A stretch of 57,138 nucleotides of DNA from Polyangiales bacterium (GTDB lineage: Bacteria; Myxococcota_A; Polyangia; Polyangiales; Ga0077539), in the NCBI GenBank assembly GCA_046351535.1, contig JAXLYG010000023.1, positions 128,001-185,138 of the forward strand, read 5' to 3'. Made by a program: the position numbers and the translations under genes. Under the pieces are notes generated by a model. The model ran no database searches. It saw only the letters and a list, made by a program, of their open reading frames with translations, and had not been told where the DNA came from. This document shows positions 34,550-43,970 of the stretch, piece after piece. Position 1 is the stretch's first letter; each line of letters opens with the position of its first letter.

Positions 34550-35785
34550 TCAGAACCACGCGGTCATTCCGAGGGTGAGGGTGTCTTGCGCGCGGGCGTT
34601 GGCGACGGGCGCGTGCGTCGTCGCGTCGTTCGAGACGGCGCCGCGAAAGTACGTGTCTCCGTCGGCCTGATCGTGGCGGTACTCGAGGCGCATCGAGACG
34701 TTGTCGTGGGGGCGCGCGTCGACGGTGAGGGTCTGCGAGCTCACCCAGGCCGAGGGCCAGAAGATCGACGACGCCGCGCCCGACGCGTTGCTCGGGACGC
34801 TCTCGTAGAAGGCGTCACCGCGCGCGGCGACGAAGAGCCACGGGCGCACCCTGACGCGCGCGTAGAGGGCCCCGGCGCCCCACCACGACACGCCGAAGGC
34901 GTTCGGTTCGAAGCCTCCGTTGGCGTGCGCGAGGAGCGACAGCCACGGCGTCGGATAGAGCGCCACGTAGGCGTCGAAGACGCTGCGCCACGGGGTCGAG
35001 CCCGCGCGCTCGGGGGCGCCCGCGGCGCGCTCGACGCCGCCGAAGTAGAGCGCGTGAACCGTGATCCGATCGGTCACGACGTAGTCGAGCGCGACGGAGA
35101 CGGACTTCTCGTCGTTGTTGTCGACGACGCTGTTCCAGCCGTTGTAGCCCGCGAGCGAGAGGGTCGTGCGGTCGCCGAGGGGATACGAGAGCCGCGCGCC
35201 CGTGTGATAGAACGGGAGGCCGAAGAAGAGGTTCGAGCGCGACCAGTTCCACTGGTCCTTCACGGCCATCCCCTCGGGGCCGATGGGCGAGAGAAAGATC
35301 CCCGCTTCGACGAGGAGCCCCGCGCCCACGGGGGCACGCCACGCGACGGTGGCCTGCTGGATGAACTTCCACACGTTGCTGTTGCTCGCGCCCGCGCCGC
35401 TCGCCCCGGCGAACGAGGGCTCGCCGAGGTAGTACGACTCGGGCGTGTGCCCGAACTGCAGCGCGAGGTGCGCCGTGACGGGTCCGAGCGTCCCCGTGGC
35501 GTCGAGCACCACGTTCGAAAGCGTCACCGCGTTGTGTCGATTGTCGAAGCCGCGATAGTTCGTGATGCCGTTCGAGGGCGCGTTGAAATTCCACTGGTAG
35601 AAGGTCTCGACGTAGCCCGAGAGGGTGATGTCGGGTCGCGCGGCGCTGCGAGACGTCCCCTCCGACACGTTCGCGACGGGCGCCAGGGTGGGTGTCGCCG
35701 CGTCCGTGCTCTGCGCCGACGCCGCGCGCGCGCAGAGCGATCCGATCGTCGCGAGCGCGCTCGCGAGCCTCCGTGAAAGTCTCAT
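34550..35785 (-). CDS. outer-membrane beta-barrel porin, kdp-associated
   Basis: Signal peptide (ALATIGSLCARAASAQ). Alternating beta-strand pattern rich in aromatic and Gly residues. Ends with ...TLGMTAWF, a C-terminal Phe typical of OMPs. Lies between kdpC and kdpD-N. Confidence 0.6.
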   Translation of the reverse strand: MRLSRRLASALATIGSLCARAASAQSTDAATPTLAPVANVSEGTSRSAARPDITLSGYVETFYQWNFNAPSNGITNYRGFDNRHNAVTLSNVVLDATGTLGPVTAHLALQFGHTPESYYLGEPSFAGASGAGASNSNVWKFIQQATVAWRAPVGAGLLVEAGIFLSPIGPEGMAVKDQWNWSRSNLFFGLPFYHTGARLSYPLGDRTTLSLAGYNGWNSVVDNNDEKSVSVALDYVVTDRITVHALYFGGVERAAGAPERAGSTPWRSVFDAYVALYPTPWLSLLAHANGGFEPNAFGVSWWGAGALYARVRVRPWLFVAARGDAFYESVPSNASGAASSIFWPSAWVSSQTLTVDARPHDNVSMRLEYRHDQADGDTYFRGAVSNDATTHAPVANARAQDTLTLGMTAWF

Positions 35786-35813
35786 CGGTGATCTCCGTGT
35801 TCGCGGTCGGCGG

Positions 35814-36398
35814 TCAGCGCCCCGCGCGGGCGTCGAGGTCGAGGTTGAGCGCGAGCACGTTCACGCGGGCCTCGCCGAAGAGCCCGAGCGTGCGACCTTC
35901 GGTGTGCTTCGCGACGAGCGCGCGCAGCGAGGCCTCGGACATCGCGCGGGCCCTCGCCACGCGAGGGACCTGCACCTCGGCCGCCGCGGGGGAGATGTGC
36001 GGATCGAGTCCGCTCGCGCTCTTCGTCACGAGGTCGACGGGGATCGTGCCCGTGACGCCCGTGGCGCGGAGCGCGGCGACGCGAGCCGAGACCTCGTCGG
36101 TGAGCGAGGGGTTGAGCGGCCCGTAGTTGCTGCCCGACGAGTACGTGACGCCCGTCGCGCCGTCGACCGTCGCGGCCGAGGGCCTCCCCCAGAAATACTC
36201 GGGGTGCGCCGACGGATCCGCGAAGGTCTGACCGATCAGCATCGAGCCGCGCACGCGGCCGTCGCGCGCGATCAGGCTCCCGTTGGCCTCGCGCGGAAAC
36301 GCGGCCTGCGCCACGCCCGTGACGAATGCGGGATACGCCGCGCAGCAGAGCGCGAGGAGGAACGCGGTCACCACCAGACAGGGACGAATGAGCTTCAT
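35814..36398 (-). CDS. kdpC: potassium-transporting ATPase subunit C
   Basis: 194 aa. N-terminal TM helix. Conserved KdpC blocks (SGSNYGPLNPSL, SASGLDPHISPAAA). Directly downstream of kdpB. Confidence 0.85.
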   Translation of the reverse strand: MKLIRPCLVVTAFLLALCCAAYPAFVTGVAQAAFPREANGSLIARDGRVRGSMLIGQTFADPSAHPEYFWGRPSAATVDGATGVTYSSGSNYGPLNPSLTDEVSARVAALRATGVTGTIPVDLVTKSASGLDPHISPAAAEVQVPRVARARAMSEASLRALVAKHTEGRTLGLFGEARVNVLALNLDLDARAGR

Positions 36399-36413
36399 CG
36401 AAACACCAACCTC

Positions 36414-38528
36414 TCAAGCCAGTCCGAGCGCGCCGACGACCACGTCGATGGCCTTGATCGCGACGAAGGGCGCGACGACGCCACCCGCGCCGTAGACCAC
36501 GAGGTTCCGCCGCAAGAGGGCCGCGGCGCCGAGGGGGCGATACGCGACGCCGCGCAGCGCCAGGGGGATCAGCGCCACGATCACGAGCGCGTTGAAGATC
36601 ACCGCCGAGAGGATCGCGCTCTGCGGCGAGCCGAGGCGCATCACGTTGAGCGCCCAGAAGTGCGACGAGTGCGCGTCGCCGCGCGTCGTCTGAAAGGCCA
36701 CGAGGCCCGTGAACATCGCGGGCAGGATCGAGAAGTACTTCGCGACGTCGTTGGAGACCGAGAAGGTCGTGAGCGCGCCGCGCGTCATCAGGAGCTGCTT
36801 GCCGATCTCGACGACCTCGATGAGCTTGGTCGGGTCGCTGTCGAGGTCGACCATGTTGCCGGCCTCCTTCGCGGCCTGCGTGCCGGTGTTCATCGCGACG
36901 CCCACGTCGGCGCGCGCGAGGGCCGGCGCGTCGTTGGTGCCGTCGCCCGTCATCGCGACGAGGCGCCCGCCCTCCTGCATCTTGTGGATGTAGGCCCGCA
37001 TGGCCTCGGGGGTGGCCTCGGCGAGGTAGTCGTCGACGCCCGCCTCGGCGGCGATCGACTTCGCGGTGAGGGGGTTGTCGCCCGTCACCATCACGGTCTT
37101 GATGCCCATCGCGCGGAGGCGTTCGAAGCGCTCGCGCATGCCGGGCTTCACCGTGTCTTTGAGGTAGACCACGCCGAGGAGGCGCGGGCCGTCGGCCACG
37201 ACGAGGGGCGTTCCGCCGACATTGGCGACGCGGTCGACGAGGCCCTGGAGGTCCGCGGGGATGTCGGCGTTGGCGCGTCCGCCGACGTGCGAGAGCACCG
37301 CGTCGCTGGCGCCCTTTCGAAGCACGCGGTCGCCCGCGTCGATGCCGCTCATGCGGGTGCGCGCGGTGAAGGGCACGAACACGCTGCCCGCAGGGAGCGA
37401 CGGCGTCACGCCCATGCGCTCGGCGAGCGCGACGATGCTCCGCCCCTCGGGGGTCTCATCGGGGAGCGACGAGAGCGCCGCCACCGCCGCGAGCTCGCGC
37501 ACCTCGACGCCCTTCACGGGGAGAAACTCCGCCGCCTGGCGGTTCCCGTAGGTGATGGTGCCGGTCTTGTCGAGCATGAGCACGTCGATGTCGCCCGCGG
37601 CCTCGACGGCGCGACCCGAGGTGGCGAGCACGTTGTGCTGCACGAGCCTGTCCATGCCCGCGATGCCGATGGCCGAGAGCAGGCCGCCGATGGTCGTGGG
37701 GATGAGGCACACGAGCAGCGCGACGAGGGCGCCCACGCCGAGCGATCCGCCGAAGAAGCGCGCGAGCGCGTCGAGCGTGACCGTCGCCACGAGGAAGATC
37801 AGCGTGAGGCCCGCGAGGAGGATCGTGAGGGCGATCTCGTTGGGCGTCTTCTGCCGCTCGGAGCCCTCGACGAGGGCGATCATCCGGTCGACGAAGCCGC
37901 CGCCGGGGTCCTGCATCACCTCGATCTTGAGCCAGTCGCTCGTGACGCGCGTGCCGCCGGTGACCGCGCTGCGATCGCCGCCGGCCTCGCGCACGACGGG
38001 TGCGCTCTCGCCCGTGATGGCGCTCTCGTCGACGGAGGCGATGCCCTCGATGATCTCTCCGTCGGCGGGGATGAGCCCTCCGGCGGCCACGTACACGACG
38101 TCGCCGCGCTTGAGGTCCGCGGCGCTCACCTCGCCGCCCGTCGTGGGGTCGGGGCCGGCCGCGAGCGGGGTCTCGTCGCCCGCGTGACGGATGCGCCGCG
38201 CGGTGGTGGTCGTGCGCATCTTGCGGAGCGTGGCGGCCTGGGCCTTTCCGCGTCCCTCGGCCATGGCCTCGGCGAAGTTGGCGAACAGCACCGTGAACCA
38301 CAGCCACGCGATGAGCTGCGCGTTGAAGCGCACGTCGACGTGGGCGCCGCGCGCGAGGTCGTAGACGAAGAGCGTCGTGACGAGGAGGCTCCCCACCTCG
38401 ACGACGAACATCACGGGGTTCTTCGCCATGACGCGGGGGTCGAGCTTTCGAAGCGCGTCGACGAGGGCGGAGCGGACGATCTTCGCGTCCCAGAGCGACG
38501 CGGAGCGGTGTACCGGATGGGTTGTCAT
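36414..38528 (-). CDS. kdpB: potassium-transporting P-type ATPase subunit B
   Basis: 704 aa. Phosphorylation motif DKTGTIT and hinge [13 protein letters not shown] (GDGxND). TM helices typical of KdpB. Confidence 0.9.
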   Translation of the reverse strand: MTTHPVHRSASLWDAKIVRSALVDALRKLDPRVMAKNPVMFVVEVGSLLVTTLFVYDLARGAHVDVRFNAQLIAWLWFTVLFANFAEAMAEGRGKAQAATLRKMRTTTTARRIRHAGDETPLAAGPDPTTGGEVSAADLKRGDVVYVAAGGLIPADGEIIEGIASVDESAITGESAPVVREAGGDRSAVTGGTRVTSDWLKIEVMQDPGGGFVDRMIALVEGSERQKTPNEIALTILLAGLTLIFLVATVTLDALARFFGGSLGVGALVALLVCLIPTTIGGLLSAIGIAGMDRLVQHNVLATSGRAVEAAGDIDVLMLDKTGTITYGNRQAAEFLPVKGVEVRELAAVAALSSLPDETPEGRSIVALAERMGVTPSLPAGSVFVPFTARTRMSGIDAGDRVLRKGASDAVLSHVGGRANADIPADLQGLVDRVANVGGTPLVVADGPRLLGVVYLKDTVKPGMRERFERLRAMGIKTVMVTGDNPLTAKSIAAEAGVDDYLAEATPEAMRAYIHKMQEGGRLVAMTGDGTNDAPALARADVGVAMNTGTQAAKEAGNMVDLDSDPTKLIEVVEIGKQLLMTRGALTTFSVSNDVAKYFSILPAMFTGLVAFQTTRGDAHSSHFWALNVMRLGSPQSAILSAVIFNALVIVALIPLALRGVAYRPLGAAALLRRNLVVYGAGGVVAPFVAIKAIDVVVGALGLA

Positions 38529-38537
38529 GGGTGGTGC

Positions 38538-40304
38538 CTATGCGTGACCGAGCATGAAGTGCTCGACGATCGGACCGAGCGAGAGGGCCGGGAAGAAGGT
38601 CAGCGCGCCCACCACGACGACCACGCCGACGAAGAGCCCGACGAAGAGCGCGCCGTCGACGGGAAAGGTCCCGGGCCCCGCGGGCACGAGGCGCTTCTTC
38701 GCCATGTTCCCCGCGATGGCGAGGGCCGCGACGATGAGCGGAAAGCGCCCGACGAACATCCCGAGGGCGAGCGTGAGCGAGTAGAAGACCGGGTGCGCGT
38801 CGGAGTACGCCGTGAGCCCCGCGAAGGCGCTGCCGTTGTTGCCCGCCGCCGAGCTGAACGCGTAGAGCATCTCCGAGAGCCCGTGCGGGTGCGGGTGCCA
38901 CGCGGGGCCCGGCGCGCCCTGCGACGCGACGTTCAAGACGCCCGCGCGCCCCGCCTCGGTGAGCGCCGCGACCGCCGTCAGCCCGAGGATCGCGAGCGCC
39001 GACACGAGGATGTAGATCGACGCGAAGCGCATGTCGCGGCTGTCGATCTTCTTGCCGAGGTACTCGGGCGTACGGCCCACCATGAGGCCCGCGAGAAAGA
39101 CCGCGATGATCACGTACACGAGGGCGCCGTAGAGCCCCGCGCCGACGCCGCCGAAGACCACCTCGCCGAGCTGGATGTTGAGCATCGGGATGAGCCCGCC
39201 GAGGGGCGTGAAGCTGTCGTGCATCCCGTTGACCGCGCCGCACGACGCGTCGGTGGTGACCGCGGCGAACAGGGCCGTGTCGGCGATGCCGAAGCGCAGC
39301 TCCTTGCCCTCCATGTTGCCGCCGGGCGAGAGGGCGCTCGCGACCTGGTCGACGCCGAGGTGCGAGAGCAGGGGATTGCCCTGCTGTTCGAAGCGCGCGA
39401 GGAGGGCGATGCCCGCGATCGAGAGGATCGCCATCGCGACGAAGAGCGCGGCGCCGTGGCGTCGGTTCTTGAGCGTCTCGCCGAGCGTCACGCAGAGCGC
39501 CGCGGGGAGCGCGAAGATCGAGAAGACCTCGACGAGGTTCGTGAGCGGCGAGGGGTTCTCCCAGGGGTGCGCGCTGTTGGCGTTGAAGAAGCCGCCGCCG
39601 TTGGTGCCGAGCATCTTGATGGCCTCCTGCGAGGCCACGGGGCCGCGGACGATCGACTGCGCGGCGCCGTCGAGCGTGGTCCAGTGCGCGGCGCCCGCCC
39701 ACGTCTGCACGACGCCCTGCGAGACCAGGAACACCGCGTAGACGACGCTGAGCGGCACGAGCACGTAGAGGTGCGCGCGCACGAGGTCGACCCAGAAGTT
39801 GCCGAGCTTGTCGGTCTCGCGGCGCGCGATTCCGCGCAGGAGCGCGATGGCGACGCAGAGCCCGACGGCCGCGGAGAAGAAGTTCTGCGACGTGAGCGCG
39901 ACGGACTGCGACGCGAGGCTCATCGTCGTCTCGCCGCCGTAGCTCTGCCAGTTGGTGTTGGTCGTGAAGCTCGTCGCGGTGTTGAACGCCAGCCACGGCG
40001 CCACGGCCCCGAGGCGCGAGGGGTTCATCGGCAGCGCCGACTGCGCGCGCATCAACACGTAGGTGATGAGCTGCGTGAAGGCCGAGAAGCCGAGGAGCGC
40101 GAGGGCGTACTGCTTCCAGTCGTGCTCGTCGGCGGGGTCGATGCCCGCGGCGCGGTAGAGGGCGCGCTCGACGGGGCCAAAGAGGCGCGCGCCGAGGTGG
40201 CGCTCCCCCGCGAACACGCGGGCGATGTAGCGGCCGAGGGGCACCGCGACGGCGGCGAGGAGGGCGAAGTACACGGCGATGACGGCCCACATGCGCGGGG
40301 TCAT
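38538..40304 (-). CDS. kdpA: potassium-transporting ATPase subunit A
   Basis: 588 aa polytopic membrane protein with KdpA selectivity-region motifs (TNGGGFFNANSAHPWENP, TAAGNNGSAF). Sits between kdpF and kdpB. Confidence 0.9.
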   Translation of the reverse strand: MTPRMWAVIAVYFALLAAVAVPLGRYIARVFAGERHLGARLFGPVERALYRAAGIDPADEHDWKQYALALLGFSAFTQLITYVLMRAQSALPMNPSRLGAVAPWLAFNTATSFTTNTNWQSYGGETTMSLASQSVALTSQNFFSAAVGLCVAIALLRGIARRETDKLGNFWVDLVRAHLYVLVPLSVVYAVFLVSQGVVQTWAGAAHWTTLDGAAQSIVRGPVASQEAIKMLGTNGGGFFNANSAHPWENPSPLTNLVEVFSIFALPAALCVTLGETLKNRRHGAALFVAMAILSIAGIALLARFEQQGNPLLSHLGVDQVASALSPGGNMEGKELRFGIADTALFAAVTTDASCGAVNGMHDSFTPLGGLIPMLNIQLGEVVFGGVGAGLYGALVYVIIAVFLAGLMVGRTPEYLGKKIDSRDMRFASIYILVSALAILGLTAVAALTEAGRAGVLNVASQGAPGPAWHPHPHGLSEMLYAFSSAAGNNGSAFAGLTAYSDAHPVFYSLTLALGMFVGRFPLIVAALAIAGNMAKKRLVPAGPGTFPVDGALFVGLFVGVVVVVGALTFFPALSLGPIVEHFMLGHA

Positions 40305-40306
40305 GG

Positions 40307-40396
40307 TCAGAACCTCTCGGGTCGAGCGAGCACGTAGAACAGGTAGAGCGCGAGCCCCGCGGCGGTCGCGAGGCCGAGGATCACGTCGAGGCTCAT
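40307..40396 (-). CDS. kdpF: potassium-transporting ATPase subunit F (29 aa)
   Basis: MSLDVILGLATAAGLALYLFYVLARPERF matches the KdpF pattern (single TM, YL.Y.L..PE.F). It is the C-terminal part of a longer shadow ORF, immediately upstream of kdpA. Confidence 0.6.
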   Translation of the reverse strand: MSLDVILGLATAAGLALYLFYVLARPERF

Positions 40397-40401
40397 GGCG
40401 G

Positions 40402-40485
40402 TCACATCCGGTCGAAGAGCGTCACGAGGCCCGCGGTCGCCGCGTAGAGGCACGCCGTGAGCGCGAGGATCAGCAGGTCGGTCAT
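40402..40485 (-). CDS. additional 27-aa single-TM micro-protein upstream of kdpF
   Basis: Hand translation of the reverse strand gives ATG...TGA MTDLLILALTACLYAATAGLVTLFDRM. It ends 6 nt before kdpF. Below the ORF-track size cutoff. Confidence 0.3.
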   Translation of the reverse strand: MTDLLILALTACLYAATAGLVTLFDRM

Positions 40486-40698
40486 GCCCGCGCTCTCTCC
40501 ACGCCTCGTGCCGAGACCTGGAATCACAGCGATTTCTGCGATCTCGCGGGCGCCTCGTGCAGCGCTGCACGATCGCCGCGAGGGCCCCTCGTGCGGGGTC
40601 GCACGGCCTCACGCGGCACGGCGCCCGCGCGTCTGACGTCGCCGCGGACGAGAACGCGCGCCTCGCGAGGGCAGAGCGCGGGTACACTCGCGGCCCCC

Positions 40699-41943
40699 AT
40701 GGCACAGGTACGCGAACTCACGAACGCTCTCTGGAACGGCTCCCTCGACACGACGGACGCGCACCCCTTCACGGCCCTCGTGGGCCTCGAGGAGTACCGC
40801 CCCGGCCTCGCGTTCGTGTCGAGCCTGGCCAACGTCATCGCCGCGCGCACGGGCGAAGGCATCGTGCTCATCGACACGGGGAGCTTTCTCTCCGGCGAGA
40901 TGATCCGCGCGCAGCTCCGCGAGTGGTCGACGGACGCGATTCACACGGCGGTGTACACGCACGGCCACGTCGATCACGCGACGGGCATCGGCGCCTTCGA
41001 AGCCGAGGAGAGGCCCGCGAACGCTGCGCCCATGCGCGTCGTGGCGCACCGCGCGGTCAACGCCCGCTTCGCGCGGTACAAGCGCACCGCGGGGTACAAC
41101 GGCGCGATCAACGCGCGGCAGTTCCGCGCGGCGTTGGATTGGCCCACGGAGTACCGCGCGCCCGACGCGGTCTACGACGACCGCCTCGACCTCGACGTGG
41201 GCGGCGTGCGCTTCGAGCTCCACCACGCGCGCGGCGAGACCGACGACCACACGTGGCTCTGGATCCCCGAGCACCGCGCGGTCTGCACGGGCGACCTCTT
41301 CATCTGGGCCTCGCCCAACTGCGGCAATCCCCAGAAGGTGCAGCGCTTCGCGGGCGATCAGGCCGAGGCGCTCGACCGCATGGCCGCCCTCGACGGAGAG
41401 CTTCTCTTTCCCGGTCACGGCCCCGCGATCGAGGGCGCGGCGCGCGTGCGTGAGGCGCTCACGACGACGGCGGCGCTCTTGCGGTACCTCCACGACGAGA
41501 CCGTGGCGCGCATGAACGAGGGCGCCTCGCTCGACGCGATCATCGCGAGCGTCAAGGCCCCGAAGGAGCTGCTCGAACGCCCCTGGCTGCGGCCCGTGTA
41601 CGACGAGCCCGAGTTCGTGGTGCGCAACGTGTGGCGTCAGTACGGCGGCTGGTGGGACGGCGACGCCTCGCGGCTCAAGCCCGCGCGCGACGAGGCCCTC
41701 GCGAAGGAGATCGCGGCGCTCACGGGCGGCGCGTCGAAGCTCTCGTCGCGCGCAGCGGAGCTGTCGTCGCAGGGCGAGCACGCGCTCGCGTGTCACCTCG
41801 CGGAGTGGGCCGCGCGCGCCGCGCCCGAGGACGCAGACGTCGCCGCGACGCGGTCGGAGATCTACGCGCGCCGCGCGGAGTTCGAGACGAGCCTCATGGC
41901 GAAGGGTGTGTACTTCGACGCTTCGAACACGAAGCCGCGGTAG
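40699..41943 (+). CDS. alkyl/aryl-sulfatase-like MBL-fold hydrolase (SdsA1/BDS1-like core, no SCP2 tail)
   Basis: ATG at 40699 (MAQVRELTNALWNGS...). MBL motif YTHGHVDHATG, then ETDDHTWLWIPEHRAVCTGDLF and the dimerisation region typical of alkyl sulfatases. 414 aa. Confidence 0.6.
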   Translation: MAQVRELTNALWNGSLDTTDAHPFTALVGLEEYRPGLAFVSSLANVIAARTGEGIVLIDTGSFLSGEMIRAQLREWSTDAIHTAVYTHGHVDHATGIGAFEAEERPANAAPMRVVAHRAVNARFARYKRTAGYNGAINARQFRAALDWPTEYRAPDAVYDDRLDLDVGGVRFELHHARGETDDHTWLWIPEHRAVCTGDLFIWASPNCGNPQKVQRFAGDQAEALDRMAALDGELLFPGHGPAIEGAARVREALTTTAALLRYLHDETVARMNEGASLDAIIASVKAPKELLERPWLRPVYDEPEFVVRNVWRQYGGWWDGDASRLKPARDEALAKEIAALTGGASKLSSRAAELSSQGEHALACHLAEWAARAAPEDADVAATRSEIYARRAEFETSLMAKGVYFDASNTKPR

Positions 41944-42987
41944 TCACGCGGTCTGAGCGCGGGTCATGGGGAGGCCGAGTCGGCCCACGGCCGCGGGCTC
42001 CATGAACACGCGGATCGCGGAGATCTCACCGAAGGCGTCGAGCTCGATGACGTGCACGCTGTGAGCGTGGAGCGTCTTCGGGTCGGCGCGGTCGGGCGCG
42101 TAGAGCGCCAAGGAGGGAGCCCCGTTCACCGAAGGGCCGTCGATCATGTCGAAGGGGACCTTCATCGCGAAGACGAAGCCCGAGAGGAAGCGCTCCACGG
42201 CCTCGCGACCGGCGTACCACGCGGGCGACGGAGGCATCGCGAGCGTCGCGTCGTCGCGCAGCGTCGAGGCGAGGAGCGTCGCGTCACCCGTTCTCCACGC
42301 GCGGGCGTAGCGGCTGAGCACGTCGGTGTCGGAGGGCTTCGGCGCGCGGGCGGACCTTCGCCACGAGGGCGCGCGCTCGTCGAGCGTGGCGCGGGCGCGC
42401 TGCGCGGCGCTGTTCACCGCGGCGACCGTGATGTCGAGCGCGTCGGCCACCTCGGCGGCGCTCCACCCGGCGACTTCGAGCAGGAGCAGGGCCGCGCGCT
42501 GCGTGCCGGGGAGGAGGTGAATCGCCGCGAGGAAGGCGATGGCGACGCTCTGCCTACGCGTGAGTCCCGCCTCGGGGCACTCGCCCGCGTCGAGGCTGCC
42601 CTCACACCATGCGGCATCGGGGAGCGCTTCGAGCCACACGGGGTCGAGGAGCGGATCGGTCGGCGGCGACGATGGATCGGCGGGGCCGCTGTCGTCGAGC
42701 GAGGGGTAGCGACGCGCGGGACGGTCGCCGAGGTGATCGAGGCACACCCTCGTCGCGATGGCGTAGAGCCACGACCGAAACGACGATCGCCCTTCGAACG
42801 ATCCGACGTGGCGCCACGCGCGGAGGAGCGCCTCCTGCACGGCGTCTTCGGCCTCACCGGCCGCGCCGAGCATGCGGTAGCAGTGCGCGAGGAGCCGCTT
42901 GCGGTGGGGGTTCACGAGCGCGTCGAAGGCGCCGCGGTCCCCAGCTCGCACGGCCTCGATGAGAGACGCGTCCACGCCCTGTTCCAT
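41944..42987 (-). CDS. ECF sigma-70 factor with C-terminal SnoaL-like extension (SigJ/ECF41-56-like)
   Basis: Region 2 (AEDAVQEALLRAWR, FRSWLYAIATRVCLDHL), region 4 (RQSVAIAFLAAIHLLPGTQRAALLLLEVAGWSAAEVADAL), and a 130-aa C-terminal extension. Confidence 0.8.
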   Translation of the reverse strand: MEQGVDASLIEAVRAGDRGAFDALVNPHRKRLLAHCYRMLGAAGEAEDAVQEALLRAWRHVGSFEGRSSFRSWLYAIATRVCLDHLGDRPARRYPSLDDSGPADPSSPPTDPLLDPVWLEALPDAAWCEGSLDAGECPEAGLTRRQSVAIAFLAAIHLLPGTQRAALLLLEVAGWSAAEVADALDITVAAVNSAAQRARATLDERAPSWRRSARAPKPSDTDVLSRYARAWRTGDATLLASTLRDDATLAMPPSPAWYAGREAVERFLSGFVFAMKVPFDMIDGPSVNGAPSLALYAPDRADPKTLHAHSVHVIELDAFGEISAIRVFMEPAAVGRLGLPMTRAQTA

Positions 42988-43140
42988 GGCTCACCGCGAT
43001 ACCACGAAAACGTGCCGCGGGAGGCATTCGTACGGGTCGTGACGATTCACCGATGAGTCTCCGCGGGCGGCGCGCCGGTCTCTGTGAATGTGAGGGCGAC
43101 GCGACGGACGCGACGCCGCTCCTACGGAGGTCCAACGGTC

Positions 43141-43524
43141 ATGGCGATTCCCGTCACTGCGCTCTTCGGTGCGATCCACGGTGTGCTCAACGTCGCGCTC
43201 GCGATCGGCGTCACGAGGGCCCGCGCCCAGTCGAACATCTTCCTCGGTACGGGCGACTCCGACGCGCTCCTGCTCGCCTCGCGGCGCCACGGGAACAACG
43301 CCGAGTACGTGCCCCTCGCCCTGCTGCTCCTCCTCGTGGCAGAGGTCGCGGGCGGCGGCGCGACGGTGCTCTACGCCCTCGGCGGCGCGCTCACGCTCGG
43401 GCGCATCCTGCACGCGATCGGCGTCGGCTCGAAGCCCTCTCCGCTGCGCGCGATCGGCGCGGTGCTGACGTGGCTCACCATCGTCGGCGCGGGCATCTAC
43501 GGACTCATCGCCTCGATGCACTGA
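43141..43524 (+). CDS. MAPEG-family small membrane protein
   Basis: 127 aa from ATG 43141. Three or four TM helices. RRHGNNAEYVPLALLLL resembles the MAPEG motif. Confidence 0.55.
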   Translation: MAIPVTALFGAIHGVLNVALAIGVTRARAQSNIFLGTGDSDALLLASRRHGNNAEYVPLALLLLLVAEVAGGGATVLYALGGALTLGRILHAIGVGSKPSPLRAIGAVLTWLTIVGAGIYGLIASMH

Positions 43525-43543
43525 CACGAGAGGACCACGCACC

Positions 43544-43894
43544 ATGACGAGCTTCGGACGCAACATGAAGGTCGATGTCGACAACGCGCAGCGCGACGCC
43601 GTGCGGCGCTTCTGGGAGGAGGGCCTCGGCTGCAAGCGCCGCAGCCCCAAGGAGCAGTTCGACCTCTTCGACTTCGAAGACGGCGGCTGCCTCGGCGTCT
43701 TCTACGTCGAGGGCGGCGCGCTCGAACCCGCGCTCTGGGCGAAGACCGTGTGGCTCGAGTTCATCGTCGACGACCCCGCGGTCACCGCCGAACGGCTCCT
43801 GTCGCTCGGCGGAACGAGCGTGAAGGGCATGACGGAACACCCGTACGTCATGGCCCCCGGCGGCCCCATCTTCAGGCTCGCCCCCCGGGGCTGA
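43544..43894 (+). CDS. small hypothetical protein (possibly VOC/glyoxalase-like)
   Basis: 116-aa ORF with balanced composition. No confident domain. Confidence 0.4.
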   Translation: MTSFGRNMKVDVDNAQRDAVRRFWEEGLGCKRRSPKEQFDLFDFEDGGCLGVFYVEGGALEPALWAKTVWLEFIVDDPAVTAERLLSLGGTSVKGMTEHPYVMAPGGPIFRLAPRG

Positions 43895-43970
43895 CCCCCG
43901 CTCCCCGCGTCGCGGACCGTGGAGTGACTCGCAACGACCGCGCGCGTCCCGTACGATCCGCGCCCTCGTC

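Noticed and set aside
40505-40520. GTGCC on the plus strand (GGCAC on the minus strand) upstream of the kdp micro-ORF as a candidate sigma-54 promoter
   Set aside because: The spacing to a GC dinucleotide does not fit, and it lies only about 20 nt from the ATG, too close for a promoter.
40614-40630. GGCAC-N-GC string resembling a sigma-54 -24/-12 element upstream of the alkylsulfatase-like gene
   Set aside because: Only the GG-N10-GC core fits. The TTGC -12 element is not matched. In 70%-GC DNA this is expected by chance. It is not reported as a feature.
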